A DNA stretch of 42,572 nucleotides, taken from IMG/VR virus record IMGVR_UViG_3300037424_000238, positions 1 through 42,572 of that record; one strand, 5' to 3'. This DNA is from a virus (lineage: Duplodnaviria; Caudoviricetes). Below the pieces are notes generated by a model. That model had not been told where the DNA came from. It ran no database searches and saw only the letters and a program-made list of their open reading frames with translations. This document shows positions 26,236 to 35,281 of the stretch, piece after piece (positions within the stretch are counted from its first letter, which is position 1; every line of letters begins with the position of its first letter). A program made the translations under genes and the position numbers.

Positions 26236-26768
26236 ATGAAAAACAGCGAAATCATCGGCAGCTCATCGTCCGGTGCGGCAAGGGTGACAAGGATCGCGTC
26301 ACCTGCCTACCCGGGTCCATCGTTCTGGCTTTACAACAGCACCTCGCCACCGTTCGCCAGATCCACGTACGCGACCAAGCCGCCGGCATCGGCTGCAGCC
26401 TGCCCGAAGCTCTGGTTCGCAAGTATCCCCAGGCCCCGCACCAATGGGGCTGGCAGTATGTTTTCCCCGCCGCGGCCCCTACTGACTGGACCCGCGAGGG
26501 CTCGCCGGGGGCGCTGCGTCGTCGCCACCTCCACCCGTCGGCTCTACAGAAAGCCGTCAAATCCGCCGTCCGCCGCTCAGGCATCGCCACTCCCGGCGGC
26601 TGTCACACATTCCGTCACTCCTTCGCCACCCATCTCCTCGAGAATGGCACCGACATCCGCACACTGCAGGAACTCCTCGGTCACGCCGACGTGCGCACCA
26701 CGCAAATCTACACCCATGTCACCGGCCACGGTTCCGGAATCCGCTCCCCCCTCGACCTGGTGGCCTGA
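26236..26768 (+). pseudogene. intI: Integron integrase, internally deleted and frameshifted
   Basis: SD AAGGAGG and ATG (MKNSEII) are joined out of frame to 26256-26768. That frame reads [16 protein letters not shown]...[24 protein letters not shown] (IntI-specific insertion)...[40 protein letters not shown]...SPLD. The N-terminal domain and box I Arg are absent. Confidence 0.93.
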
Positions 26769-26816
26769 TGACCAATCCGATTAAACCTTTTATGCAAACT
26801 TGTCAGGGAGGAACAG

Positions 26817-27065
26817 ATGGAAAACGCCGAGATTCTGAGGGAGTTTTATGGTCGTCTGCACCGGGAGTTCGATCACCTGGCCCCGGTGATCATCGAGGAT
26901 TACGACTGCGGCCAGGTGGTGCGGCACGAGTTTACGCTGGCCCGATTCGGACGGATTGACAGCTACGATGTTTCGGCCGATGGGGTGTCCCTCGGCCGTA
27001 TGGGGTGGGCGCTGGCTCTTGTTTTTGTCCGCAAGGCGTTTATCAGGACAGGGAGGTTTGGTTAA
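26817..27065 (+). CDS. Hypothetical protein
   Basis: SD GGGAGG. Confidence 0.6.
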   Translation: MENAEILREFYGRLHREFDHLAPVIIEDYDCGQVVRHEFTLARFGRIDSYDVSADGVSLGRMGWALALVFVRKAFIRTGRFG

Positions 27066-27165
27066 TTGTTCCTCTATTTCGGGGAACATCTCGGGATGAA
27101 ATAATTTCTCGTTTGTGTTCTTATTGACCCCATGTATTCAGCGAGGTCAGACATAAGCGGAAGTC

Positions 27166-27203
27166 AAAGGGAAGCGGCCTTTACGGGGGTCGCTTTCTCT
27201 TTT
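27166..27203 (+). terminator. Terminator-like hairpin just upstream of terS
   Basis: AGCGGCCT...GGGGTCGCT stem with G-U pairs, followed by TTCTCTTTT. Confidence 0.45.
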
Positions 27204-27214
27204 GGGGGTGCGTG

Positions 27215-27658
27215 ATGGCTGCCCCTAAGGGAAACTGTTTCTGGGAAGCGAGAAGCTCCCACGGGCGCAAGCCGATCTTTGCCAACGCTGAGGATTTGTG
27301 GGATGCCTGTGCTCAATATTTTATCTGGGTAGAGGATAATCCTCTCTGGGAGGCCAAGCTCACCTCCTACCAGGGAGAGAACAAAATTGAGAAGCTGCCG
27401 AAGATGCGGGCCATGACCATCGGCGGGTTGTGCATTTTCCTTGATATAGACCGGAAGACCTGGGCCGACTACGCAAAACGCGAAGATTTTATTCCCGTCT
27501 GTATGCGAGCAGAGGAAATCATCCGAGACCAGAAGTTCTCCGGCGCCGCAGCCGAACTGCTCAACCCCTCCATTATCGCCCGTGATTTGGGCCTGGCCGA
27601 CAAGCGCGAGCACACCGGCAAACTCACCCTGGAAGACCTGCTCACCGAGGGGGACTGA
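27215..27658 (+). CDS. terS: Terminase small subunit (P22 gp3-like)
   Basis: [18 protein letters not shown]...[10 protein letters not shown]...[22 protein letters not shown]. Confidence 0.93.
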   Translation: MAAPKGNCFWEARSSHGRKPIFANAEDLWDACAQYFIWVEDNPLWEAKLTSYQGENKIEKLPKMRAMTIGGLCIFLDIDRKTWADYAKREDFIPVCMRAEEIIRDQKFSGAAAELLNPSIIARDLGLADKREHTGKLTLEDLLTEGD

Positions 27659-27861
27659 TGAGGCGGATCTGCGCATGGTGCAAGGACGTTATAGGCGAGA
27701 AGCCGGGGGTTGCAGAGGAAACCCACGGCATTTGTATCCCGTGCCTGAGCAAGCACTTTCCAGACATGGAGGCAGCGGCCGCCGGCCTGTTTGACGCACA
27801 CGATGTGGCAGAGAGTGCCAAAATTCTCGACTCTGATGGTATAAGGGAAGCGCTCGCATGA
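27658..27861 (+). CDS. Small Zn-binding protein
   Basis: CAWC...THGICIPC; translationally coupled on both sides. Confidence 0.65.
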   Translation: MRRICAWCKDVIGEKPGVAEETHGICIPCLSKHFPDMEAAAAGLFDAHDVAESAKILDSDGIREALA

Positions 27862-29336
27862 GTAAAAGGGACCACGCCAAAGCCAAGCTTCGCACCTGGC
27901 GGGAATATCCGGCACAGTTCGTCCACGATAACTTCGGCGTGGACCCGGACCCCTGGCAGGTCGACGCGCTCAATTCGCTGGGAGGGAATCCCGACCCCCG
28001 GCGGCGCCTGTGTTTGAAGGCCTGTACTGGTCCAGGGAAAAGCACAATGCTCGCCTGGACCGGCTGGCACCGGTTGTCCTGCTTCGCCGCCAAAGGTGAG
28101 CACCCGAAAGGGGCCGCCCTCTCCATTACCCGCGACAACCTCAAAGATAACCTCTGGAGCGAGATGTCCAAATGGCAGAAGCGCTCCGAATTTCTGACCG
28201 ACCAGTTCACTTGGACCAAGGAGCAGATCTACGCCAACGATCACGCCGAGACGTGGTTTCTCTCTGCTCGTTCCTTTGCCAAAGACGCCGACGCCGAAGC
28301 CATCGGCCGCGCTCTCTCTGGCCTGCACAGCCAGTTCCCGTTTATCCTGTTGGATGAGGTCGGCGAGATGCCGCTGGCCGTGGGGCGGACCGCCGAGCAG
28401 ATATTCACCGGCAACCCGACCGACGCCCTGATCGCCGCCGCCGGTAACCCGACCAGCACCTCGGGCCTGCTCTACCACCTGTGCACCAAACTTCGCGGAC
28501 AGTGGATGGTGGTCACCATCACCGCAGATCCGGACGACCCCAAGCGGACACCCCGCGTCAATATCGACCTGGCCAGAGACCAGATAAAAGAGCACGGCAG
28601 AGACAACCCCTGGATCATGGCCACCATCCTCGGGCTTTTTCCGACCGTGGGTTTCAATGCCCTCCTGGGAATCGAGGACGTAGAGGCGGCCATGAAGCGC
28701 CACTACCGCATTACCGATTACGACTTTGCCGCCAAGATCCTCGGGGTAGATGTGGCCCGGGAGGGGGATGATCGCAGCGTTTTGTTCCCCCGGCAGGGTC
28801 TGGTGGCTTTCCGGCCAAAGATCTTTCGCAACCTGCGTTCCAATGTCCTTGCTGGTCATGTTTCGCAGTCTGAGGACAAATGGCAGTCCGACGGGACCAT
28901 TATCGACGGAACGGGAGGCTGGGGCTCGGGAGTCATCGACGCCGGGCAGACTATGGGCCGTACCTGGTTCGACTGCCAGTTCGCCGGCAAGCCCTTCAAT
29001 CCGAAGTACGCCAACAAGCGGGCGGAGATCTGGTTCACGATGGCCGAGTGGGTAAAAAACGGCGGAGCGATGCCGTACCTTCCGGAGTTGATTACCGAAC
29101 TGACCGCCCCGACCTTCACTTTTCAGGGGGACAAGCTGCTGCTCGAACCGAAGGACCAGATCAAGAAGCGCACCGGCAAGTCTCCAGACCTGGCCGACGC
29201 GCTGGCCGTTACCTTCGCTTTTCCCATCGCTAAGAAGGTTGCCTTCAAGAAGCAGACAGGGGAATATGACCCGGTGGAGCGGGCAGCACAGCAAATGCGC
29301 AAGGAACACGACTACAACCCGACAGGAGGGATGTGA
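27858..29336 (+). CDS. terL: Terminase large subunit
   Basis: PWQ, GPGKS Walker A, LLDE Walker B, GNP, nuclease GVDVAREGDD and SPDLADALA. Confidence 0.95.
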   Translation: MSKRDHAKAKLRTWREYPAQFVHDNFGVDPDPWQVDALNSLGGNPDPRRRLCLKACTGPGKSTMLAWTGWHRLSCFAAKGEHPKGAALSITRDNLKDNLWSEMSKWQKRSEFLTDQFTWTKEQIYANDHAETWFLSARSFAKDADAEAIGRALSGLHSQFPFILLDEVGEMPLAVGRTAEQIFTGNPTDALIAAAGNPTSTSGLLYHLCTKLRGQWMVVTITADPDDPKRTPRVNIDLARDQIKEHGRDNPWIMATILGLFPTVGFNALLGIEDVEAAMKRHYRITDYDFAAKILGVDVAREGDDRSVLFPRQGLVAFRPKIFRNLRSNVLAGHVSQSEDKWQSDGTIIDGTGGWGSGVIDAGQTMGRTWFDCQFAGKPFNPKYANKRAEIWFTMAEWVKNGGAMPYLPELITELTAPTFTFQGDKLLLEPKDQIKKRTGKSPDLADALAVTFAFPIAKKVAFKKQTGEYDPVERAAQQMRKEHDYNPTGGM

Positions 29337-29557
29337 TGCTCACGAACAAGGGAACCGCCATTATCACTTGTGGAGGGGGGGCACCGACCCCGCCCCCGCC
29401 GCCGGCACCGCCTCCGGAGATGCAGGATGCGGCCGTGGTGACATCGAGGGACAATGAGCGCCGCCGCCGCCGCGCTGCCGCCTCCAACACCTTCTTGACG
29501 CAAGGCCAGGCCGTCGGCGCTGCACCCACTGTCGGTAAAACCCTTCTCGGAACGTAA
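29336..29557 (+). CDS. Small Pro-rich virion protein preceding the portal
   Basis: CGGGAP(P)n...RRRR...T.LT..QG...KTLLG, typical of T7/BPP-1-like pre-portal proteins. Confidence 0.75.
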   Translation: MLTNKGTAIITCGGGAPTPPPPPAPPPEMQDAAVVTSRDNERRRRRAAASNTFLTQGQAVGAAPTVGKTLLGT

Positions 29558-29566
29558 AGGACGGGC

Positions 29567-31246
29567 ATGAACAAGAGCGAGAACCAGCAGATCATCGAGA
29601 AGATGCAGTCTCGGAAAGGGGCTCTGAGCAACGAGAGATCTTCCTTCGTGCCACACTGGCAGGAGATCTCTGAGTTCATCTCCACCCGCACCTCGCGTTT
29701 TCTGCGCAGCGACACCAACCGCGGCGACAAGATGAATCAGCGGATACTCAACGAGACGGCGACACTATCGCTGCGGACACTTGAATCTGGTCTGATGGCG
29801 GGGATGAGCTCTCCGGCCCGGCCATGGTTCGTTCTCGGCCCACCTGATCCGGGGATGCGCGAGTTCGGACCGGTCAAGGACTGGCTGGACACCGTGACCC
29901 GGCTGATGCGCGAGACCTTTGCCCGCTCGAATCTCTACTCGGCATTGCCCAAACAGTACAGCAGCCTCGGAGCCTACGCCACCGGGGCTTTCGGTCTGCT
30001 CGAGGACGACAAGGAAGTCATTCGCTGCTACCCGTTCCCCATTGGCAGCTACATGATCGACTGCAACGAGCGCATGAACGTGGACACCCTCTATCGGGAA
30101 TACTCCATGACCGTGCGCCAGCTGGTCGCCAAGTTCGGGGAGAAGAACGTCTCTCCGACCGTCAAGGGGATGTGGGACAACGGCAATTATGGCACCTGGG
30201 TCCCGGTGGTTCACGCCATCGAACCGAATTTCTCGAACCAGCCCGGCAAGCTCGACGCCAGGGACAAGCCCTATCTGTCGGTCTATTACGAGGAGGGCCA
30301 GAAGACACCCATGCGGATCTCCGGATTCGACGAGTTCCCCGCCATCGTCTCACGCTGGCACGTCAACGGGGAAGACGCCTGGGGCACCCGCTGCCCGGGG
30401 ATGGATGCCCTCGGAAGCGTGAAGGCCCTGCAATTGGAAGAGCGGCGCAAGTATCAGGCCATGGACAAAATCGTCAACGGCCCAGTGAACGCCGATGCTA
30501 CCTTGAGAAACACCGGAACCGATCTCCTCCCCGGCGGGGTCAACTGGATTCCCAACCTCTCCCAGTCTGCTGGTGCAGCCATCCGGCCCGTCTATGACAT
30601 CGACGCCAGGATCATCGACGTGCTGCGGCAGGACATCATAGAGGTTTCGGGAAGGATTCGCCGGACATTCTTCGAAGATCTGATGCTGATGCTCTCCCAA
30701 GGTGACAACCCGGAGATGACCGCCCGTGAGATCGAGGAGCGCCACCAGGAGAAGGTGCTGGTTCTCGGTCCGATGATGGAGCAGCAGAATGATGACCTTT
30801 TCGACCCGCTGATTGACCGCACCTTCAATATCATGCTCCGCCGGGGCATGTTCCCGCCGCCTCCCGAGGAACTGCAGGGGCTGCCCTTGCGGGTTGAGTA
30901 CACATCCGTCATGGCTCAGGCTCAGAAGCTCATCGGCATTGGCGGTATCGAGCGCTTCGTCGGCTTTGTGGGGAATCTCGCCCAGATGCGCCCCGACGCC
31001 CTGGACAAGGCCGACATCGACCAGGCCATTGACGAGTACGGCGACATGTTGGGGATTCCCTCCAAGATTATCGTCCCCGACGAGCAGGTCGCGGCCATTC
31101 GCCAACAACGGGCGCAACAGCAGCAAATGCAACAGATGGCCGAGATGGCCCCGGCTATGGCACAAGGGGCGAACGCGGCCAAGACCCTCAGTGAAACCAA
31201 CGTTCAGGACGTGAATGCCCTGACGCGACTGATCGGGGGGGTGTAG
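29567..31246 (+). CDS. Portal (head-tail connector)
   Basis: LMAGMSSPARPWF, SNLY, MTAREIEERHQEK..LGP, and a Q-rich C-terminus. Confidence 0.93.
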   Translation: MNKSENQQIIEKMQSRKGALSNERSSFVPHWQEISEFISTRTSRFLRSDTNRGDKMNQRILNETATLSLRTLESGLMAGMSSPARPWFVLGPPDPGMREFGPVKDWLDTVTRLMRETFARSNLYSALPKQYSSLGAYATGAFGLLEDDKEVIRCYPFPIGSYMIDCNERMNVDTLYREYSMTVRQLVAKFGEKNVSPTVKGMWDNGNYGTWVPVVHAIEPNFSNQPGKLDARDKPYLSVYYEEGQKTPMRISGFDEFPAIVSRWHVNGEDAWGTRCPGMDALGSVKALQLEERRKYQAMDKIVNGPVNADATLRNTGTDLLPGGVNWIPNLSQSAGAAIRPVYDIDARIIDVLRQDIIEVSGRIRRTFFEDLMLMLSQGDNPEMTAREIEERHQEKVLVLGPMMEQQNDDLFDPLIDRTFNIMLRRGMFPPPPEELQGLPLRVEYTSVMAQAQKLIGIGGIERFVGFVGNLAQMRPDALDKADIDQAIDEYGDMLGIPSKIIVPDEQVAAIRQQRAQQQQMQQMAEMAPAMAQGANAAKTLSETNVQDVNALTRLIGGV

Positions 31247-31570
31247 ATGAACCGGGAAAAGGCAAACATCCGGCGCGAGCGCGAGATTGAAGACCTGAAG
31301 ACCGTCATGAGTACGGCGCAGGGCCGGCGCTTCGTCTGGCGGATGCTGGGGCAGGCGGGAATCTTCCGCCCCTCTTTCGTGGCTGGATCTCCCGACACCA
31401 CGGCTTTCAACGACGGGGCACGAAACCAGGGGCTTAACCTCATGGCAGAGGTCATGCAAGAGAGCCCGAAACAATTTTTAACGATGCAACAGGAGGCGAT
31501 GAACGATGAACAGCGAAGACGCGAAGAAGAAAATTCTGACGATCATGATCGCGGCGATTCTGACGACTGA
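31247..31570 (+). CDS. Bbp19-like protein
   Basis: VMSTAQGRRFVWRML...TAFNDGARNQGL; located between portal and scaffold. Confidence 0.8.
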   Translation: MNREKANIRREREIEDLKTVMSTAQGRRFVWRMLGQAGIFRPSFVAGSPDTTAFNDGARNQGLNLMAEVMQESPKQFLTMQQEAMNDEQRRREEENSDDHDRGDSDD

Positions 31571-32174
31571 AGAAAGCGGCGAAGGATCAGGGGAGTCCGC
31601 TGGCGAAGGCGCCGGGGGAGAAGGCGCGGGCGAAGGTACGAACCAGGGCACTGGCGAAGGTGCTGGCAGTGAAGGCGAGGGTGAGGGCGAGAAGTCGACC
31701 GGCGCCCCCGAAGAGTACGCCGACTTCACCGCCCCCGAGGGAACAACTCTTGACCAGGATATTCTCGGCGAGTTCAAGACCATTGCCAAAGAGATGAACT
31801 TGCCGCAGGATCAGGCGCAGAAGGTTGTCGACATGGGGACCAAGATGATGCAGAAGGCGATGGACGGCATCATGTCCCAGCACCAGGAGCGCGTCGGGAA
31901 CTGGCTCAAGGACGCCGAGAATGACACGGAGATTGGCGCCGATATCAAGAAGGGTGCCGAATCGGCCGCCCTGAGGGCCTTCAACACCATCACCAAAGGG
32001 AACGAAAAGGCGAAGGCCATGGTGGACGAACTGGGTATTGGCAACCATCCCGAGTTTTTGCGGATCTTCTACCGGATTTCCCAAAACATGCGCGAAGACA
32101 CCTTCGAGATCTCGAACACCGGGGGCCAGGGCAAGAGTACCGCTGACACCCTTTATCCGAGCATGAAGAAATAA
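31506..32174 (+). CDS. Capsid scaffolding protein
   Basis: SD AGGAGG; G/E-rich N-terminus; APEEY.F..PEG, LPQDQAQK, GIGNHPEF, ADTLYP. Confidence 0.8.
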   Translation: MNSEDAKKKILTIMIAAILTTEESGEGSGESAGEGAGGEGAGEGTNQGTGEGAGSEGEGEGEKSTGAPEEYADFTAPEGTTLDQDILGEFKTIAKEMNLPQDQAQKVVDMGTKMMQKAMDGIMSQHQERVGNWLKDAENDTEIGADIKKGAESAALRAFNTITKGNEKAKAMVDELGIGNHPEFLRIFYRISQNMREDTFEISNTGGQGKSTADTLYPSMKK

Positions 32175-32250
32175 ACAAGGGCCGTCTGGAGACGGACCGT
32201 AAGCCGCGAAGTGGGGGAATGTTTCCTCCACCAACCGAAAGGAGAACACG

Positions 32251-33294
32251 ATGAAAAAGCTCAACGTCACCCGCGCCGCTGCGGTCATTACCACGACCCT
32301 GGCGACCACCCACCCGACCCTGGTGGATTTGGCCAAGGTCATGGACCCCAACGGCCAGGTTTCCAAGGTCATCGAAATTCTGCACCAGTCGAATGAAATC
32401 CTTGACGACATGGTGTGGATGGAGGGCAACCTCCCCACCGGGCACCGCGCCTCCATTCGCTCCGGGATTCCCGAGCCGGTTTTCCGCAAGCTCTACGGAC
32501 GGGTCCAGCCCGCCAAGAGCGACTTCGTGCAGATCACCGACAACTGCGGGATGATGGAGGCATACCCCGAGGTCGACAAGGCACTGGCGGACCTCTCCAG
32601 CAATCCCGCCGCCTTCCGTCTCTCCCAGGAGCGCGGGCACATCGAGGGGTTCAACCAGAAACTGTCGCGCTATATCTTCTACGGCAACGAGGCGACCGAG
32701 CCCGAGGGCTTCACCGGACTGGCCCCGCGCTTCAATGACCAGAGCGCACAGAACGGCGTGAACATCCTCACCGACGCCGCCACCCCGGACAACAACGACA
32801 ACGCTTCCATGTACTTGATCGTCTGGAGCCCTGAAACCGTCTGCGGCATCTACCCCAAGGGGAGCATGGCCGGTCTTCAGCACAACGACAAGGGGCAGGT
32901 CACCTCCGAGACCTCCGACGGCATGATGGAGGTCTATCGGTCCCACATGCGCTGGGACTGCGGAATTCACGTCGCCGACTGGCGGTATGTGGTCCGGGTC
33001 CAGGTCGACGCCGAGGATCTCGTCAAGGGCGCCGCTACCGGCCCCGACCTGATCGACCTGATGGCCCAGGCGACGGAACTGATCCCCAACATCAACGCCG
33101 GCCGCGCCGCATTCTACTGCAACCGCACCATGCGCGGTTTCATCCGTCGGCAGATCATGAACAAGACGGTCAACTCGACCCTCTCCATCGAGCAGCTGAC
33201 CCGGGCCAACGGGGCTCTGGTTCATGTGCCGATGTTCGACGGCATCCCCATTCGCCGCTGTGACCAGCTGTTGACCACCGAGGCGGGCATCTAA
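32251..33294 (+). CDS. Major capsid protein (BPP-1 Bbp17 / epsilon15 gp7-like)
   Basis: PTLVD...IEIL...NEILDDM.W.EGN, FYG...F.GLAPRF, FDGIPIRRCDQL..TEA. Confidence 0.93.
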   Translation: MKKLNVTRAAAVITTTLATTHPTLVDLAKVMDPNGQVSKVIEILHQSNEILDDMVWMEGNLPTGHRASIRSGIPEPVFRKLYGRVQPAKSDFVQITDNCGMMEAYPEVDKALADLSSNPAAFRLSQERGHIEGFNQKLSRYIFYGNEATEPEGFTGLAPRFNDQSAQNGVNILTDAATPDNNDNASMYLIVWSPETVCGIYPKGSMAGLQHNDKGQVTSETSDGMMEVYRSHMRWDCGIHVADWRYVVRVQVDAEDLVKGAATGPDLIDLMAQATELIPNINAGRAAFYCNRTMRGFIRRQIMNKTVNSTLSIEQLTRANGALVHVPMFDGIPIRRCDQLLTTEAGI

Positions 33295-33302
33295 ACCCAT
33301 GA

Positions 33303-33334
33303 GGGGGGAGTAACCTTCCCCCCTTGACCTTTTT
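33303..33334 (+). terminator. Hairpin / possible terminator after the capsid gene
   Basis: GGGGGGAG-TAAC-CTTCCCCC followed by TTGACCTTTTT. Confidence 0.45.
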
Positions 33335-33352
33335 ACAGAGGAGACAGACACG

Positions 33353-33913
33353 ATGAAAACGTATTTCGGAAAACTCGGATGGCCGATGGTGATCGTCCTG
33401 GTTCTGGCCGTTACCCTTTCCATCCTCTTTCACCCCGCCTTCGCCCTGGTCGGCATGGCAGGGATGATCCTTGACGAGCGCCTGGAATTCTGCGACGCCA
33501 CCGCCCTGAATACCGGCGGCGCGGCCTCCTACCTTGTCGGCGACGTGATTGACCTGGGGACCGCTTCCCGCGATATCGGCAACGGCGAACCGATGTACCT
33601 GTGCATTCAGGTGGATACCGCAGTGGACTCTGCGGCCGACAACACGGTGCAGCAGTTCCACCTCTGCTCCGACGCTCAGGCGGCCATTGCTGTTGACGGG
33701 ACGGCGACCTACCACTTCTCCACCGGAGCGCTTGCCCAGGCCACGCTCATTGCCGGCGCCCGCGTCGCCATGGTGGCGCTGCCCCAGGGGACCTACGAGC
33801 GGTATCTCGGTATTGTGCAGACTACCTCCGTTGCCGCGGCCACGGCCGGCAAGATCAACGCCTTTCTGACCAAGGACCCCGCCGGATGGCGGGCTTACTC
33901 TGACGGGATTTAA
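33353..33913 (+). CDS. Capsid cement/decoration protein (Bbp16-like) with a 37-aa hydrophobic N-terminal extension
   Basis: MILD...DVIDLG...DIGNGEP...YERYLG...AGKINAFL. SD GAGGAG precedes ATG 33353. Confidence 0.82.
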   Translation: MKTYFGKLGWPMVIVLVLAVTLSILFHPAFALVGMAGMILDERLEFCDATALNTGGAASYLVGDVIDLGTASRDIGNGEPMYLCIQVDTAVDSAADNTVQQFHLCSDAQAAIAVDGTATYHFSTGALAQATLIAGARVAMVALPQGTYERYLGIVQTTSVAAATAGKINAFLTKDPAGWRAYSDGI

Positions 33914-33919
33914 CAACTG

Positions 33920-33945
33920 AGGGCGGCGGGGCAACTCGCCGCCCT
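33920..33945 (+). other. GNRA-loop hairpin after the cement gene
   Basis: AGGGCGGCGGG-GCAA-CTCGCCGCCCT; no U tract. Confidence 0.6.
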
Positions 33946-33960
33946 GACTAGGAGCCAACC

Positions 33961-34275
33961 ATGAAACGCAGAGCACTGAAACCGATCTTCGTTGACGGGG
34001 TGCTTCGGGCTAAAGGTGAGGTGTTCGAAACCACCAAGGCCTGGAAGTACACCGAAGACGCTGACAGACCCGCGAAAAAAGACCCGGACAAGCCCAAGGA
34101 CTTCGACCGCAAGGGTGTCATGGCCGAGCTGACGGCGGCCGGTGTGGAGTTCCGAGGCAACGCCTCCAACGAGTCTCTGGCCGAAATGCTGGCCGAAGTG
34201 AAGGCGGCCATGGCGCCGGCATCCCCGACGGCACCGCCGAAAGAGTCGGGAACGGGGGATCAGGACGTAATCTGA
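33961..34275 (+). CDS. Hypothetical virion-region protein with a HeH/LEM-like segment
   Basis: SD AGGAG; ELTAAGVEFRGNASNESLAEML. Confidence 0.6.
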   Translation: MKRRALKPIFVDGVLRAKGEVFETTKAWKYTEDADRPAKKDPDKPKDFDRKGVMAELTAAGVEFRGNASNESLAEMLAEVKAAMAPASPTAPPKESGTGDQDVI

Positions 34276-34352
34276 TCACCTGCTCCTCGAGGGCCGGAAG
34301 ACCTCTCTCCCTTCCGGCCCTCCCTTGAACAGGTGATTTAAGGGGTGATTTT

Positions 34353-34664
34353 ATGGCGATAGATCCTTCAGCGGTGGTGGTCGGCTTGCTCATGGCATTG
34401 GGAAATTTGGGTGGCGTCGGCATCCTCGTTAAGAGCTACACCAAGCGCATAGAAGACAACGAGCAGACCACCAAGGAACACGGACTGTTGATGGTTCGCG
34501 CTATCGACAACCAGCAGAAGACGGCCGAGACATTGGAGAGGGTACAAGCCAACATCCTTGACCTCTACGGCAGCCGCAAGGAGCACGACCGGTCCCTGAC
34601 CGCTATCGAGACGCTGCACGACATCAAGGGGTGCAAAACTTTCTATCAGAAGGATAGGCCATGA
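34353..34664 (+). CDS. Membrane-anchored coiled-coil protein (possible holin/antiholin)
   Basis: N-terminal TM segment AVVVGLLMALGNLGGVGILV followed by a coiled coil. Confidence 0.5.
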   Translation: MAIDPSAVVVGLLMALGNLGGVGILVKSYTKRIEDNEQTTKEHGLLMVRAIDNQQKTAETLERVQANILDLYGSRKEHDRSLTAIETLHDIKGCKTFYQKDRP

Positions 34665-35281
34665 AATCCGAAGTCGATCTCTGCAACCTGGCCCTGTTTC
34701 GTATCGGTGTGACCACTACCATTGCCAGCCTCACCGAGCGCAGCAAGGAGGCCATCGTCTGCAACGGGGTCTACGCCATGGTCCGGGACAAGACTCTGGA
34801 GGCGGTTCCTTGGCCCTTCGCCCGAAAGTTTGCCGACCTGCAGCTGACCGGCGACGCGCCCGACCGCTGGGCCTACCGCTACCAGTACCCGATTGACTGC
34901 CTGGCCGTGCGGGCAATCCTGCCCCCCGTCATCTCAGGACTTTCCCAGCTCGAATATCGGCAATGGTTGCAACATTACCAGGTCCCCTATGAGTTGGTCG
35001 AGGGGACGGAAGGTCTGACGATCTGCACCGACCGCGAAGAGGCAAACATCGAATACACCGTGCAGGTGACAAACCCCATGCGATTCTCTGCCAAATTCAC
35101 GTCCACCCTGGCGTGGGCCGTCGCCGCAGAGATTGCCATTCCCCTGGCCAAGGGGATTGACTATGCCAAGAACGCCGCGGCCATGTACGAAAAAGAGCTT
35201 TTCGAGACCTTGGCGAAAATGCTTAATGAAGAGCAGCGGGACGACATCCCGCTTTCCGAATTCGAACTGGCGAGGTACTAG
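34661..35281 (+). CDS. Head-tail adaptor (tail tubular protein A-like)
   Basis: SEVDLCNLAL..IG...WPFARK...W.YRYQYPIDCL...F...LAWAVAAEIAIPL. Confidence 0.88.
   Translation: MKSEVDLCNLALFRIGVTTTIASLTERSKEAIVCNGVYAMVRDKTLEAVPWPFARKFADLQLTGDAPDRWAYRYQYPIDCLAVRAILPPVISGLSQLEYRQWLQHYQVPYELVEGTEGLTICTDREEANIEYTVQVTNPMRFSAKFTSTLAWAVAAEIAIPLAKGIDYAKNAAAMYEKELFETLAKMLNEEQRDDIPLSEFELARY

Larger units (their letters stand above)
21511..26768. mobile_element. Phage-borne integron: nine attC/cassette units, an attI-position site and an intI pseudogene
   Basis: See the individual attC and intI entries. Confidence 0.9.

Noticed and set aside
26236-26768. The recombinase as the prophage integrase
   Set aside because: It has the IntI-specific insertion, lies next to an attC array and is truncated. 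No attP or excisionase context is evident.
26236-26784. 182-aa ORF in the track as a real protein
   Set aside because: It is low-complexity S/P/A/R text. The -1 frame over the same DNA is a clear IntI.
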